A stretch of 64,000 nucleotides of DNA from Eledone cirrhosa (lineage: Eukaryota), in the NCBI GenBank assembly GCA_964016885.1, contig OZ024745.1, positions 111,538,001 through 111,602,000 on the forward strand. The letters run 5' to 3'. The notes beneath the pieces were generated by a model, which was not told the DNA's origin, did not search any database, and saw only the letters and a list, made by a program, of their open reading frames with translations. Shown here one piece after another: positions 1 through 11,448 of the stretch. Numbering within the stretch: the first letter of the stretch is position 1; every line of letters begins with the position of its first letter. A program made the position numbers and the translations under genes.

Positions 1-1555
1 ATATGCATTATTTTCTTCTTGCTCTCCCTCCCCTAGCCTAGGAAATCCTAGAAGAGCTCTGCATTCCTCTCTCTTTCTCTCCATCTCTCTAAAAAAACAA
101 TGTATGCACCCTTTTCTCTCTCTCTCTTCTCTAGTCTAGGAAAGACTAAAGAGCTCTAGGCATACACCCTTCTCCTTTCTCTCTACCTTTCCTCTAACTA
201 ATGATTTATAATAAAAAAAAAACAGCAACAAATTATTACATTGCAATGTTATACAACAATACAAACACACACACACATGTATGTACTCATAGCAATATAC
301 ATATAGAAAGTCATGAATAGCTCCATGTAGATGGATTTTTGCAGGAAATGAGCTCAAACAGACATGCCAAAGCAAATGTGTAAATACACAAACTCTCTCG
401 CTACTTTCTTTCTCTCTCTCTCCCCATCTTCATATCTTTTCTGTTCTTCTTCCACCTCATCTTTCCAAAAGGATCCAGTTATTTTGGCACAATGCCTGGC
501 ATTGGCATTATTAAAAGGTGTGGCACCCAATAAGAAACCATAACAATAACATTCTCTAAGTAACCCACCCCCTCTCTAGCAGCCCCACCACCAACACCAC
601 CACTAACACCACCATCATTATACCAACAAAAAAAAAAAAAAGGAAAAGTCTTACAGGCTTATCACATCTCTTGCAAAAACTTATCTAACTATTATATATA
701 TGTTGCCCAGCAGAGTATCTTTCTTACAAAGCAACCTTTCAACATCCTATCTAATCTTACACCACATCCTTTCTCCCTCCCCCTTCCCCCACCCCTCTCT
801 GGTTTCTTCCATGAACTAAACAATTGATTGACTCTTGTTAAAAAGTCTAACCTAAAAACAAAAACAAAATAATAAAGAAATAAATGAAAGGACTGGAGAC
901 AAATTTCGTGATAAATCAGGTGACTGGCTGGAAGATGGCTAGACTGAGTGAAATTTAGCAGCCAAGAAGGCAGGCTAGTTAAACTGGCCAGTCTGTCAGA
1001 ATCAATAAAGCCTCTTTACACTGCCTGACACTTGTAAGAATAACAGCAGTATATTTTATTCATGAAGATTTAGGACAGATTTATGAATGGAGACACTAAA
1101 ACAACTACCAACAACCAAAGGCCAGAAAGCAGACATATATATTTATATATGTGTGTGAGTGTGTATGTATGCATATGTGTGTGTGTGTATATATATATAT
1201 ATATGTGTTGAAAAAATACACACACACACACACACAAGTACACACATAACTATACATATAGAGGAGTAAAATGATGTCCTGTACAATGTATTTACTGTGT
1301 AAATAAAAAGTTCTCTTAGTATTAGTAAAAAAGAGAAGACTGTGTGTAATACTCCATCAAAGAGAATTTGCAGAAAGAGGGAGAGCAGTTTGATGATGAT
1401 GATGATGATGATGATGCTGAACATGATGACAGTTTTCAAGTTCAATCCTTGTGATGTTTTTAATTAATGAATGCTCTAATTCTGAATGTGTTTACATGAA
1501 GAAAAAGAAATGTGATTGCTTTATGGGTGTCAGTTTAGTTTATTTCTATAAATGT

Positions 1556-2060
1556 GGAGGCATGGCTGCGTGGTTAAGGAATTTACATTGCAATCACATG
1601 GTTTGTGGTTTGTGGTTCGATCACAATGTGTAGCACCTTCAATAAATGTCTTTTACTAAATCCTCAGGCTGGTTAATGTCTTGTGTGAAATTCAGTAGAC
1701 AGAAACTATGTGAAAACACTATTGTATGTGAGAGAGAGAGGGGGGGGAGAGGGGGAGAGAGAGAGAGAGTGTGTGTGTGTGAATAGAGAGAGAAAGAGAA
1801 GCAATGGAAGAATATGACAAGACTGTGTATATACATATGTGTGTGTGATGAGAGAGAGAAGCAATGAAAGAATATGACAAGAATGTGTGCGTGTGTAAGT
1901 GTACCCATATCTTTGTTTCTGTTCCATAATTTAGAGAGGTTTAACAAAGAGATTAATAAAATAAGTGACAGACTGGAAATATATAGTAGGGCTGATTTGA
2001 TCAGCTAAAACTTTCAAGACATTGCCTTGAAATAAGTGAAACCAATAAATGAAAGGAAAA
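1556..2060 (+). mobile_element. Degenerate tRNA-derived SINE with internal (GA)/(TG) microsatellite expansion
   Basis: Head GGAGGCATGGCTGCGTGGTTAAG (A-box-like) and GGTTCGATC (B-box-like); body matches the reverse copies at ~2995-3125 and 4540-4696; a ~60-bp duplication lies at 1790-1890. Confidence 0.65.
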
Positions 2061-2115
2061 GGAAATAGGTTTCTCCACAACAGCAACATCTTCACAATTT
2101 AAGACGTAATTGGAC

Positions 2116-2283
2116 CCCTGTACAGCCGAGCTCCTCCGCAAGATCAGAACATTGGTGGCCCATCTGAGGAAGGAGACCTACGAGGTGGAGTGTCTGTTGT
2201 AACGGGTGTCACTGGCCATTGTCAGCGGGAATACTTTAGCGGTCTTGTCCACAGGGCGCAGCCCCTCTACCGCTGCGCCCTAG
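2116..2283 (+). pseudogene. 3' fragment of a CRE/NeSL-like non-LTR retrotransposon (restriction-like endonuclease C-terminus)
   Basis: Manual translation PCTAELLRKIRTLVAHLRKETYEVECLL*RVSLAIVSGNTLAVLSTG resembles the QRxSxAIxRGNAxxVLxT C-terminal motif of CRE-clade ORFs; one in-frame stop. Confidence 0.6.
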
Positions 2284-2454
2284 ACCCAGAGCCCAATAAT
2301 CTCCCCCCTTCCCCATTCTTCTGTGACACTAGAGACCTTACCATTTCCTCCCCTTCCCATTTTTGTTTTTTCTCTTTGTTTTTTATATTTTCCTATTTTA
2401 CATTCCATTCTTCTCAATCTAAATTTTCTTTTTTTTTCTTTTTCTATTAAACTG

Positions 2455-2810
2455 TATTTAACATCTATTTTCTATGCTTGCATAAGTAAGGCAGGCTGTC
2501 ATGTTATGAGGGTCAAACAGGTTAGGGGCTGAGGTGACCAGCTTTGCTCATACACAGTTTGGAATTTTTTACAGTTGAATGTCCTTCCCCAAACTCACCA
2601 CCTTTTTTGTTTGTTTGTTTTTTTTTGTTTGTTTGTTTTTTTGTCATGGCACCAATAAGACCACCTTAGAGGGTGGACTGGGTGTTTTTGTCATGGCACC
2701 AATATGACCACTTTTGAGAGTGCACTGGGTGTTTTTGTCATGGCACCAATATGACCACTTTTGAGAGTGGACTGGGTGTTTTTGTCATGGTACCAGTATG
2801 ACTACAAAAG
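2455..2810 (-). mobile_element. RTE-tail SINE/LINE 3' fragment with an expanded 47-bp internal repeat
   Basis: Reverse complement has a degenerate GGAAGGGCATCCAGCTGTA motif; 47-bp units start at 2643, 2690, 2737 and 2784. Confidence 0.7.
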
Positions 2811-3210
2811 TTAAAGTAAATGAACTTCCATTGATCTCAAAGATGAGTATTCAGTAGTTTGATTAACTGAAATACCTAAATATTGAATTAGCATTTAAGT
2901 GGCTGAGTGCTCCACAGACACATATAATACACTTAACATAATCCTAAAGCAGACACAGCATAGGACAAGGTTGGACCTTTGAAATACAGATATTTCTGCA
3001 GAGTTTCTGTCTAGCCAATATCACTCACAAGCCTTGGGTGCATCTAAAACTATGGTAAAAGACACTTGCCTGAGATGCCCCTCAGAGGGTGTGAACTCAT
3101 GAACTTATGATTATAAAATGTACATGTTGTCTTACAGGTTTCAATCATTGAACAATAGCCAAGCTGTAATAATATGTTGACGGGTATAGTTGATTATATC
3201 AATCCCAGTA

Positions 3211-3488
3211 CAGGTGCACCATGGCTTATGTCATTTATGAAGTTACGGCAGTTTTTCTTAATATTATATGGCAGAAATAAACCTTGTGTTACGTCAATTC
3301 ACTCAACTTTACGCCAGTCTGCCAAAAATATTAAACCATAAAAAAATACTAAAAGAAACAATAAAATATAAAATCACATTTAAATAAATGCTAAAATATA
3401 TAAAATAAAGTAATGTATGAAATGCCTATTAGTGATTTATAGTCTTGACTTCTGGAACCAATTAACAACATAGAGTGAGGTCGACCTG
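3211..3488. mobile_element. TA-flanked MITE (Tc1/mariner-pogo type) inserted into a SINE
   Basis: Ends TA|CAGGTGCACC... and ...GGTCGACCTG|TA (imperfect TIR); the flanks rejoin to the SINE motif ATCCCAGTA..TGGTATTTTATTT..GATC. Confidence 0.55.
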
Positions 3489-4179
3489 TATTTGTAAATT
3501 GGTATTTTATTTTATTTATTGATCTCAGAAGAATCAAAGTCAATCCAGGTGAAATTTCAACAGAAAAATACATAGCCGAATGATATTTTGTTCAATATTC
3601 TACTAATTCTACCACTCACTGACATATGTAACCACATTTTAAGGCCATTAACTCTCTAATGGCAATATTTCTAATGAAATACTCTCTATTTTAGTTAAGT
3701 GATGAAATATTTTAAGAGATTTCCTAACATTATTAATTATTTCATTACTTAGTAATTTAACACATGGTTCTGATATAAAATTATGTTGGAAGATTTAAAA
3801 TGGGTGGTTTGATTTCATAAAACCAGAGCTGGTTTGGGTTGAATTGAGCTGTTATTAAAAAGATTAAACTAGTTTATACTGGTTGAAAAAAATTTTGAAA
3901 TATTAATTTGTAATTTTGCCACAAGTAAACATATTTTTTTCTTATTGAATTTAATTTTTCTCAGATTTAAAATGGGTGTTTTGTTTCAGAGAACCAGAGC
4001 CAGTTTTGGCTGAGTTGGTATCAAAAGGGTTAAAATATATCTTTTATTTTATTTTACTTGTGACTATGAAAGTGCATGGCTTAGTGGTTAAGATGTTGGG
4101 CTTACAATTGTCAGGTGGTTAAGATGTTGGGCTTACAATCGTCAAGTTATTTTCTAAGTTATGGGACATAAACAGAGAC

Positions 4180-4512
4180 ACAAATGTAACACACACATTG
4201 ACACACACTTTTTTTCCATTTCAGGTGGACACGCTCCATCATCCACTTTTCTAAAAAAATAAATCTTACTCAAAACGCCAGCACCAACAGTTTTCCAAGA
4301 GTTGTCAACATGAATGGACCTGTTATTTTTATCTAAAGACATTTTTTTCCAATTCCAACCCTCCCATCCCTTCAATCTTTCTTATTTCTCATTCTTTCTT
4401 CTGATGAAGGACTAGCGTCCGAAACGTTAAGACTCTCTTCCTGCTATTTCAAGTATTAACCTAATATATTCCTTCCATATACTGTACCGATTGTGTTGTT
4501 ATTTCTGTTTCC
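4180..4512 (+). mobile_element. Penelope-like-element-derived non-coding repeat carrying a hammerhead motif, ending in (TA)n
   Basis: Hammerhead at 4397-4432; a related degenerate copy lies at ~31090-31360. Confidence 0.5.
4397..4432 (+). ncRNA. Minimal type I hammerhead ribozyme
   Basis: TCTT-CTGATGA-A-GGAC(TAGC)GTCC-GAAA-CG-TT-AAGA: intact CUGAUGA and GAAA core, 4-bp stem II, palindromic stem III (ACGT), stem I TCTT/AAGA. Confidence 0.7.
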
Positions 4513-4539
4513 CTTTTATATATATATATATATGATGAG

Positions 4540-4696
4540 CTTTGACAGCTACCTTCTACTAAAATTCATTCACAAAGTATTGGTCAACCCAAATCTATAG
4601 TAGAAGGCACTTGCTCATAGTGCCATGCAGTGGAAGTGAACCTGAAGCTATGTGGCTGCAAAGTAAACAACTTAAATACACAACCATGCCTGTGCC
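4540..4696 (-). mobile_element. tRNA-derived SINE, 5' half
   Basis: Reverse complement GGCACAGGCATGGTTGTGTATTTAAG...GGTTCACTTCCACTGCATGGCACTATGAGCAAGTGCCTTCTACTATAG; same family as 1556. Confidence 0.65.
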
Positions 4697-5672
4697 TATA
4701 TAAGTTTGATTGATTGAATCGATTGATAAGTAACCAGACCTCATTCACTTACTGAGTGGGGTGGAACTCATCAAATGAGACCAAGGAAACAATGTTTCCA
4801 TTGCTGATACTATCTACTGGTCGCAACTCCTGGCAGAGTCTAAATAAGTAAAACATCCAATAAATATATGTTAGGTGATAATATGGAGAAAAAAAAAAGG
4901 TGGAACAAAACAATGAAAATAGAAGAAAAGAATTTTCTGCAAGTGCTGGAAATAATCAAAGTGTAGAATCTGCATATGCATATTATTTAAATAAAATTGT
5001 AGGTCTGAAGAAAATTCTAGCATTAAACAACTATATAAAGCCTTGAAGTGTTGAGTAAGCTTAGACAGCATACATTGAAATAAGTATATATGGATTCAAT
5101 AGGAATCCCAGTGTTTGTGTGCTGATCCATCAGAATTGTAATATGATCCAGTTGTCCTGTGATAGGAATCAAGTTGATGGAAGATAGGTAATTCCTGTTT
5201 TATAAATATGACGAATCATCAAATGTCTCCCGATTGCACAATAGTTTTAGTTTCAAGTTAGATCCATCTAGAAGAAAGACTAAGAGAGATGGTGGGTGTT
5301 ATAATGAATAGCTAGTCTACTGTGGTTTTAAACTGTTCTGTGATATTGTAGATATAAATAAAGAAAATTTGAGGGAAAAAAACTGATCTGCAGCATGAGA
5401 AATGATAGGAAATTTATTCATAGAATAAAACAGTTCTGATAGAAGATAATGCAGTTGTAAGCACAAACAACCAATATTGTTCCATATCATCAATAACTCT
5501 AGTTAAAAACAATAGTATTGCTTTTTACTTTTCATACAAATAAAGGTAAAAATAAACAGTCAAAATTATTTCAATCATCATCATCATCAGGTATCATCTG
5601 CTCTTGGCAGGTTGAATAACATGGATCGCCAATTCTGTTTTTCTTGTGCTTTCCACATACATTCACTATATT

Positions 5673-6071
5673 TTAACCCTTTCATGACTATATTTCTACA
5701 AAGCTGCTACAATCTTCTAACCATTTTAAAAACTATGAAAAATTTGGAAGAATTTAATAATATAACTAACTTTTTCATAATTAACCCTTTAGCATTCACA
5801 TTACTCTATATATACTATTGTATTTTCATGGTAAAGGCTTTACCTCACATATTATCTCACATAATATCGAATCTATGAGATTTTGAAAGTATTTATTTTG
5901 AGAACAATACCTTAACATCAGTTTGAGTGACCAGTTACAGCCAGTTTCAACAGAAAGAGGTAGAGAATTCTGGCCGGTTTTGGCCAGTTTGAACACTAAA
6001 GAGTTAAGCTGGAGTTTCAAACATAACAAATTTTCTTTTGTGAAATTACGATGGAAGGTTTTAGATAAATT
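5673..6071. mobile_element. TTAA-type MITE family 2, interrupted by a family-1 MITE and truncated by a Helitron
   Basis: Starts TTAACCCTTTC; resumes TTAAGCTGGAGTTT after 6007; related copies at ~3648-3868, 45163-45425 and ~48650-48875. Confidence 0.55.
5781..6007. mobile_element. piggyBac-like TTAA MITE family 1 (~225 bp)
   Basis: TTAACCCTTTAGCATTC...GAACACTAAAGAGTTAA; TTAA at both ends; near-identical inverted copy at 49729-49966. Confidence 0.8.
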
Positions 6072-6370
6072 CTAGCAGAATGGCCCAGCGTTGCTCGGGA
6101 TTCTAAACATAGATTGGCATGTTTATCCCTCCTTTCTGAAACAGTACAGAGAAGTACAGAATACCTCGGCCTTGCGACCGTCGAATAGCAGATTCCACTG
6201 ACGATTCGTTTGCCCGCCTTGTTCTTTTTCTTGCTGCTTTCGCAGTATTTCGGCTAATAGAGTATCTCTTCTTTCAAGGCATAACCTAAAAGCAGGTCGA
6301 AGTACACTAAGACTAACTGGTAGAGTAAGGAGTAAACTCGTCAGTGATGCATGTGATTTCCGAACCGTTG
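6072..6370 (-). mobile_element. Internally deleted Helitron remnant
   Basis: Minus-strand 3' end CCGAGCAACGCTGGG..CTGCTAG (GC hairpin then CTAG); minus frame from ATG at 6282 reads MP*KKRYSISRNTAKAARKRTRRANESSVES, resembling the basic N-terminus of RepHel proteins. Confidence 0.55.
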
Positions 6371-6538
6371 ACTATGTAATTGCTGGCCTTGTGCCAAAAG
6401 TAGTGGGACTTTTTAGGTGGCATATCGGCAGTAACAATGACGATAAGCCGTCTGTGCTTTCGTGAAATAAATACGTTTGTTTATATTTTGTTTTTGTGTA
6501 TGCAAAAATATCTGTACACGAATATATAATTATATATA

Positions 6539-7409
6539 CAGGGTGCGGATGATATTTGTTCGCAATTTTCAACTGCTAATTTTATGCAAATTTTTTTTAC
6601 TTCCGTTGTCACTCTTGTCTTCATAAAAACAGTGACTATATTTCCATTATTTATTTTCAGAATAATTGATTATGAATAATTTTGAACCTCCAAATTTGTG
6701 TAAGAGACATGGAGTTCTTCTTGGAATCTGCACCGGGAGGACAAATAAGACCAGAAGATCAACTCCCAGAATAACAGGTGGCTCACTGTCTCATCCAAAG
6801 ACGTGCCCAGAGTCATGCAGACAAAGTTTCCAGCGACAACATTGGTCTTAGGTGTCGTCAGCAGTCAAAGTGACGTCATGCCACCTCACTTCTTCCCTGA
6901 GGGCCTCAAGCTGAACACCGATGGCTACATCCGCATTCTGAGCGAGGTAATAAAGCCCTGGATCGACCAGGTAGCTGCAGGTAGGCCGTACGTGTGGCAG
7001 CAAGACTCAGCGCCCTGCCATACCAGCCAAAAGACCCAAGGCTGGCTGTCAGAGAACTTTGTCGACCACACTTCACCTGACATCTGGCCTCCCAGCTCGC
7101 CTGACTGCAACCCCCGTGACTTCTTTGTGTGGGGCGCAGTGGAATGAGACACCAACAGATCTAGCTGCAATATGAAAGATGATCTGAAGGCCAGGATCAC
7201 AAGTGCCTAAGTCGAGGGACAGTGACGAAGGCCTGTAGCCGGTTCCGAAGCCATCATCAAAGCCAATGGCGGGGTTATCGAGTGAGATCGTAAGAACAAG
7301 TCATGAAGACAAACTGACCCAAGTTTGATAAATAAATCTTAAAAAATAAAACTACTGTGTTATTTTTTCCTAGACAGTAATCTTGTGAACAAATATCGTC
7401 CGCACCCTG
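6539..7409 (+). mobile_element. Tc1/mariner superfamily DD37D (maT) transposon, internally deleted, 871 bp
   Basis: TIRs CAGGGTGCGGATGATATTTGTTCGCAA / TTGTGAACAAATATCGTCCGCACCCTG with TA on both sides; transposase remnant inside. Confidence 0.93.
6672..7285 (+). pseudogene. maT (DD37D) transposase pseudogene
   Basis: ORF 6803-7147 has YVWQQDSAPCH...WPPSSPDCNPRDFFVWG with 37 residues between the second and third catalytic D; N-terminal MNNFEPP is fused out of frame to DQKINSQNNRW, so the HTH and first D are deleted; stop after GAVE. Confidence 0.88.
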
Positions 7410-7418
7410 TATATATAT

Positions 7419-7580
7419 ATTAAAATAACAGATTAAAGTTTAAGCAAAGAATCGATGCTTTCACCCTTAACGGGATCTTCTGAAACTAAAAAAATCAATC
7501 TGTGAACGCAGATTGCAAAAAACGTTGCAACCGAAGGAAAACAGGAAGACAATACTTTTGTTCATGAAGACGTTTTCATA
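7419..7580 (-). mobile_element. (TA)n-anchored repeat, unclassified (Penelope-like?)
   Basis: TTAAAATAACAGATTAAAGTTTAAGCAAAGAATCG..TTTCACCCTTAACGGGATCTT recurs at 29683, at 33928 and inverted at ~29855-30030. Confidence 0.6.
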
Positions 7581-8210
7581 ATGTCGTAATGCAGACAGCA
7601 GACATACAGACAGATATTATAAGGGCGCGACAAAGCGATTTTCCAAAAAAATTAGTTTTTTCTCTTTGATGGGAGTCTAATAAAATTTTCTTAGCAATTG
7701 GCTTTCTCATTGCTTTTATGTTCTATCCATGATATTCTCAGAAGTACTATATATACCCACATCTCAAATAATTGTAATCTGTTTATGATGATAAAATAGG
7801 GTAAAGTTGTATTAAGAACTGGATTGTTGATGGCATCAAACATTTCTTCTCTGAGTACAGACACCAGTTTGTCATATGATTTTTATATAAAATTATTTGA
7901 ATTCAGCAATGAAATTTTGTGAAACACATCAGTGTTGTTGTGTAACCCCAAGTCAACCTTGACTGAACAAACCTCTGATCAAAGACATTCCAGCCATGTC
8001 CATCATAATGGCGTCCTTATTAACTCCTTATAGTACTTATGCAAAATAATGTTGAATTATAAAACTGAAATTGATAACACGAACAATGAAATATAAACTT
8101 CTTATTTAGCAGATCAATACCATAAGACTTAGCAGTATCTGTTTTATCTAAAGACTAAAATTGGTGCAATAACTGGTTGATTTCAAACCTCTGTCATTAT
8201 AGTCTTCTAA

Positions 8211-8385
8211 GGGCAGTGAATTGGCAGTATCGGTAGAGTATTGGACAACATGGTTTTTGGCATAGAGTTACAGCCCTTATGAGATTGATAAAATAAAGCA
8301 CCAGTAATGCACTGGGATCAATTTAATCGACTTTCCCCTCCACCCAAAATTGTTGGCCTTGTGCCTAAATCAGAAAACCATTATT
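8211..8385 (+). mobile_element. SINE family A (tRNA-like head, GATAAAATAAAGTACCAG core), internally deleted
   Basis: Matches copies at 17878, 36490, 38478-39408 and 46345-47368. Confidence 0.75.
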
Positions 8386-8559
8386 TAGGGGGCAGTATCA
8401 GTAGAAACATGGAAAGTTCTTCTCCAAGGTGCAAACTTGAGCAAGCTTTTTGTGGAAAACCATTAGTCATCCATGCATGCCAGTACCCCCTCTTCTCCAC
8501 ACAATCAATATTATCCAAATAAAAGGCAAAGACTAATACAGCTTGATACCAATGTCATA

Positions 8560-8708
8560 GCAACTCACTTTTTCCAGCTGAGTGGACTGGAGCAACATGA
8601 AAAAAGTGTCTGGTCCAAGGACATTATACACAGCCCAGTCTGTAAATTGAACTTATGACCTTATGATCATCAGCTCAACATCCTAACCACTAAGCCACAT
8701 GCCTTCAT
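8560..8708 (-). mobile_element. CORE-type SINE 5' half
   Basis: Reverse complement has GGCATGTGGCTTAGTGGTTAGG head and CCTTGGACCAGACACTTTTT..GCTCCAGTCCACTCAGCTG CORE-like block. Confidence 0.65.
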
Positions 8709-9019
8709 ACAAACTGAAATAACTCTGCTACTGTATACATAGACCAACTGAGCTAAAACATCAAACTCTTGAAGTTAGTTTAGTAACAAGGATTCATCCA
8801 TCTTCCTCCATATTCCTCCCTTCACCTCCAGCTAGAAGAGATTAATAACCAAAAGAGTTAAAACCTTAATGACAGATTGAATAATAAAAGCTTCAATTTG
8901 AGATATTTCATCTTGTATTCTCAATAAACAACACCAGCTTCAGTGAAGACAAGGGAGGGAAAAACAAACATATAAACAGTTCATTTATTTTGGCCAGCAT
9001 TTACTCCAAAAGATGTAAA

Positions 9020-10245
9020 GATAATGATGATGGTGATGGTGATGGTGATAATGATGGTGGTGGGAGTGATGATGATGCTGGTAATGGTAATGTTGGTGGT
9101 GGGAATAATGTTGGTGGTGGGAATGATGATGATGGTGGTAATGGTAATAGTGATGATGATGATGATGGTAATGATAATGTTGGTGGTGGGAATGATGATG
9201 ATGCTGGTAATGGTAATGGAGATGATGATGATGATGGTAATGGTAATGATGGTGGTAATGGTAATGATAGAGATGATGATGATGCTGGTAATGGTAATAG
9301 AAATGAAGATGATGATGCTGGGAATGATGATGATGATAATGGTTGTGGTAATGATGATGATGATGGTGATAATGACAATGACGATAGTGATGATGGTTAT
9401 GGTAATGATAATGTTGGGAATGATGATGATGGTGATGTTGGTGTTGCTAATAATGATGATAGTAATAGTGGTGGTGGTATTGCTAATAATGATGATGATG
9501 ATGATGGCATCGATAAGGAGGAGGATGATGACGATAGGGGGGGTGATAGTGATGATGTTAGCAGTGATGGGGGTCGATGACAAGGATGATGATGGTGGTA
9601 GTGGTAGTGGTAGTGGCAGTGGTTGGGATGATGGTGGTGGTGGTGGTAGTGGTAGTGGTTGTGATGATGGTGGTGGTGGTGGTAGTGGTGGTGGTGGTGC
9701 TAGTGGTGGTGGTGGTAGTGATGGTGGTGGTAGTGGCAGTGGTGGTGGTAGTAGTGGCAGTGGTTGTGATGATGGTGGCGGTGGTGGTAGTGGTTGTGAT
9801 GATGGTGGTGGTGGTGGTAGTGGTGGTGGTGGTTGTGATGATGGTGGTGCTAGTGGTGGTGGTGGTAGTGATGGTGGTGGTAGTGGCAGTGGTGGTGGTA
9901 GTAGTGGCAGTGGTTGTGATGATGGTGGCGGTGGTGGTAGTGGTTGTGATGGTAGTGGTGGTAGTGGTGATGGTGGTTGTGATGATGGCGGTGGTGGTGG
10001 TAGTGGTGGTAGTGGCAGTGGTAGTAGTGGCAGTGGTTGTGATGATGATGGTGGTGGTAGTGGCAGTGGTGGTAGTGGCAGTGGTTGTGATAATGGTGGT
10101 GGTGGTAGTGGTGGTGGTGGTGGTGGCAGTGGTGGTGGTGGTAGTGGCAGTGGTTGTGATGATGATGGTGGTGGTGGTGGTGGTTGTAGTGATGATGATG
10201 ATGTTAGGATTGGTGGCAGCAATGGCAATAAGGATGATGATGAGA
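9020..10245. repeat. Compound trinucleotide low-complexity tract (GAT/AAT/GGT grading into GGT/AGT)
   Basis: Triplet periodicity throughout; 150-bp higher-order duplication (GGTGCTAGT at ~9696 and ~9846). Confidence 0.95.
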
Positions 10246-10493
10246 CAGGAGAGAAAACAGTAAAATGTAAATAAACAACATCCCGGTAAAGACAGATTGT
10301 TGCTGCAGAATTACTACATCTTAGAAGACGGCCCAAAAGAAACAAATGTAAACTTTCTCTTTTTCTCAAAAATTTCTTTTTTTTTACTTTGTTTGTTTTT
10401 TCTTTTGTTTCTGAAAGTTTATGATTTCTCATTAATTTTTCATGCTTTAAATTTGGAAAACATCTTCAATAACACAAAATGTTTAAATACAAA

Positions 10494-10892
10494 TCATCAT
10501 CATCATCATCACCGTTTTACGTCCATTCTTCCACGCTAGCATGGGTTACACGGGTTGTTCTGTTGTGGGCAGTGTTCGGTCGGCTGACCTTGTCTTGCTC
10601 ATATGGGAACTGATTCTGGCTTGATTTCTACAGCTGGATGCGCTTCCTAACACCAACCTCATTTACACAGTGAGTGCTGGGTGCTTTCTTGCCGTGGCAC
10701 CTCCACGACCACTTTGCAGTGGGATGATATGGACCCCAGTCCCTATCATCTCATTTCTACAGCTGAGGAAACTGGAGAAATGTGAAATAAAGTGTCTTGC
10801 TCAAAGAAACAACACATCACCCGGTCCGAGAATTGAACTCACAACCTTTCGATTGCAAGCCCAATGCTCTAACTACTAAACCATGCGCCTTC
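10494..10892 (-). mobile_element. Full-length CORE-SINE with RTE-type 3' tail ending in (GAT)n
   Basis: Reverse complement has tRNA head with A/B boxes, CORE-like block, and a 3' half nearly identical to the sequence downstream of the RTE ORF at 62996-63270. Confidence 0.85.
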
Positions 10893-11071
10893 AAATATAC
10901 ATAAATATATATATATATATATATACACACACAAACACACAGATATATACATACATACACAGACACACACATATATACATACGAATATACATAATTACAC
11001 ACATACATGTATGTGTGTGTATATATATATATATATATCAAGTGATAATATATATATATATAATATATATA

Positions 11072-11211
11072 CAGGTAAAATTCCATTAAAACGAAAAAAA
11101 TTTCAATCCCCGGCCACACACTGTTGGGTTGAAACCGTTATAAAGAATTTTTCATTACAACAAATTTTTTTTTATACCCTGTGAATTTTGTTGTAACGGA
11201 ATTTCACTCTG
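11072..11211. mobile_element. pogo/Tigger-like MITE
   Basis: Imperfect TIRs CAGGTAAAATTCCATTAAAACG / TGTTGTAACGGAATTTCACTCTG; inserted in (TA)n. Confidence 0.6.
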
Positions 11212-11400
11212 TGTGCGTGTATGTATATATATATATATATATATATACATACATATCACTACCAGAAAGGGACACAGCAGTCAACCTGTTGTTGCTACCT
11301 AGATGAAAACTGCTATGAAATCCCACAATGAATTTTATACTTGATTTTTCAAGTCTCAAATTTTAACTCTTCGTATTATTAATTTTTCTTAATATTAATC

Positions 11401-11448
11401 AACATTTGAAAAGATGGCTTTTGCAGACCCATCGAAACCGGTCATTTT
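11401..11448 (+). ncRNA. Type I hammerhead ribozyme, U3-A8 core variant
   Basis: AACAT-TTGAAAA-GATGG(11 nt)CCATC-GAAA-CCGG-TC-ATTTT: perfect 5-bp stem II, palindromic stem III ACCGGT, GUC site, stem I 4/5 pairs. Confidence 0.6.

Noticed and set aside
4870-5300. Possible CR1/L2 RT remnant on the minus strand (ALYSCLMLEFSS)
   Set aside because: Too degenerate to support without an alignment
8981-10432. Long ORFs (483, 416, 228 aa) rich in Pro/Ile/Gly/Val/Met
   Set aside because: Open on both strands and in several frames because triplet repeats lack stops; no signal peptide, domain or splice support
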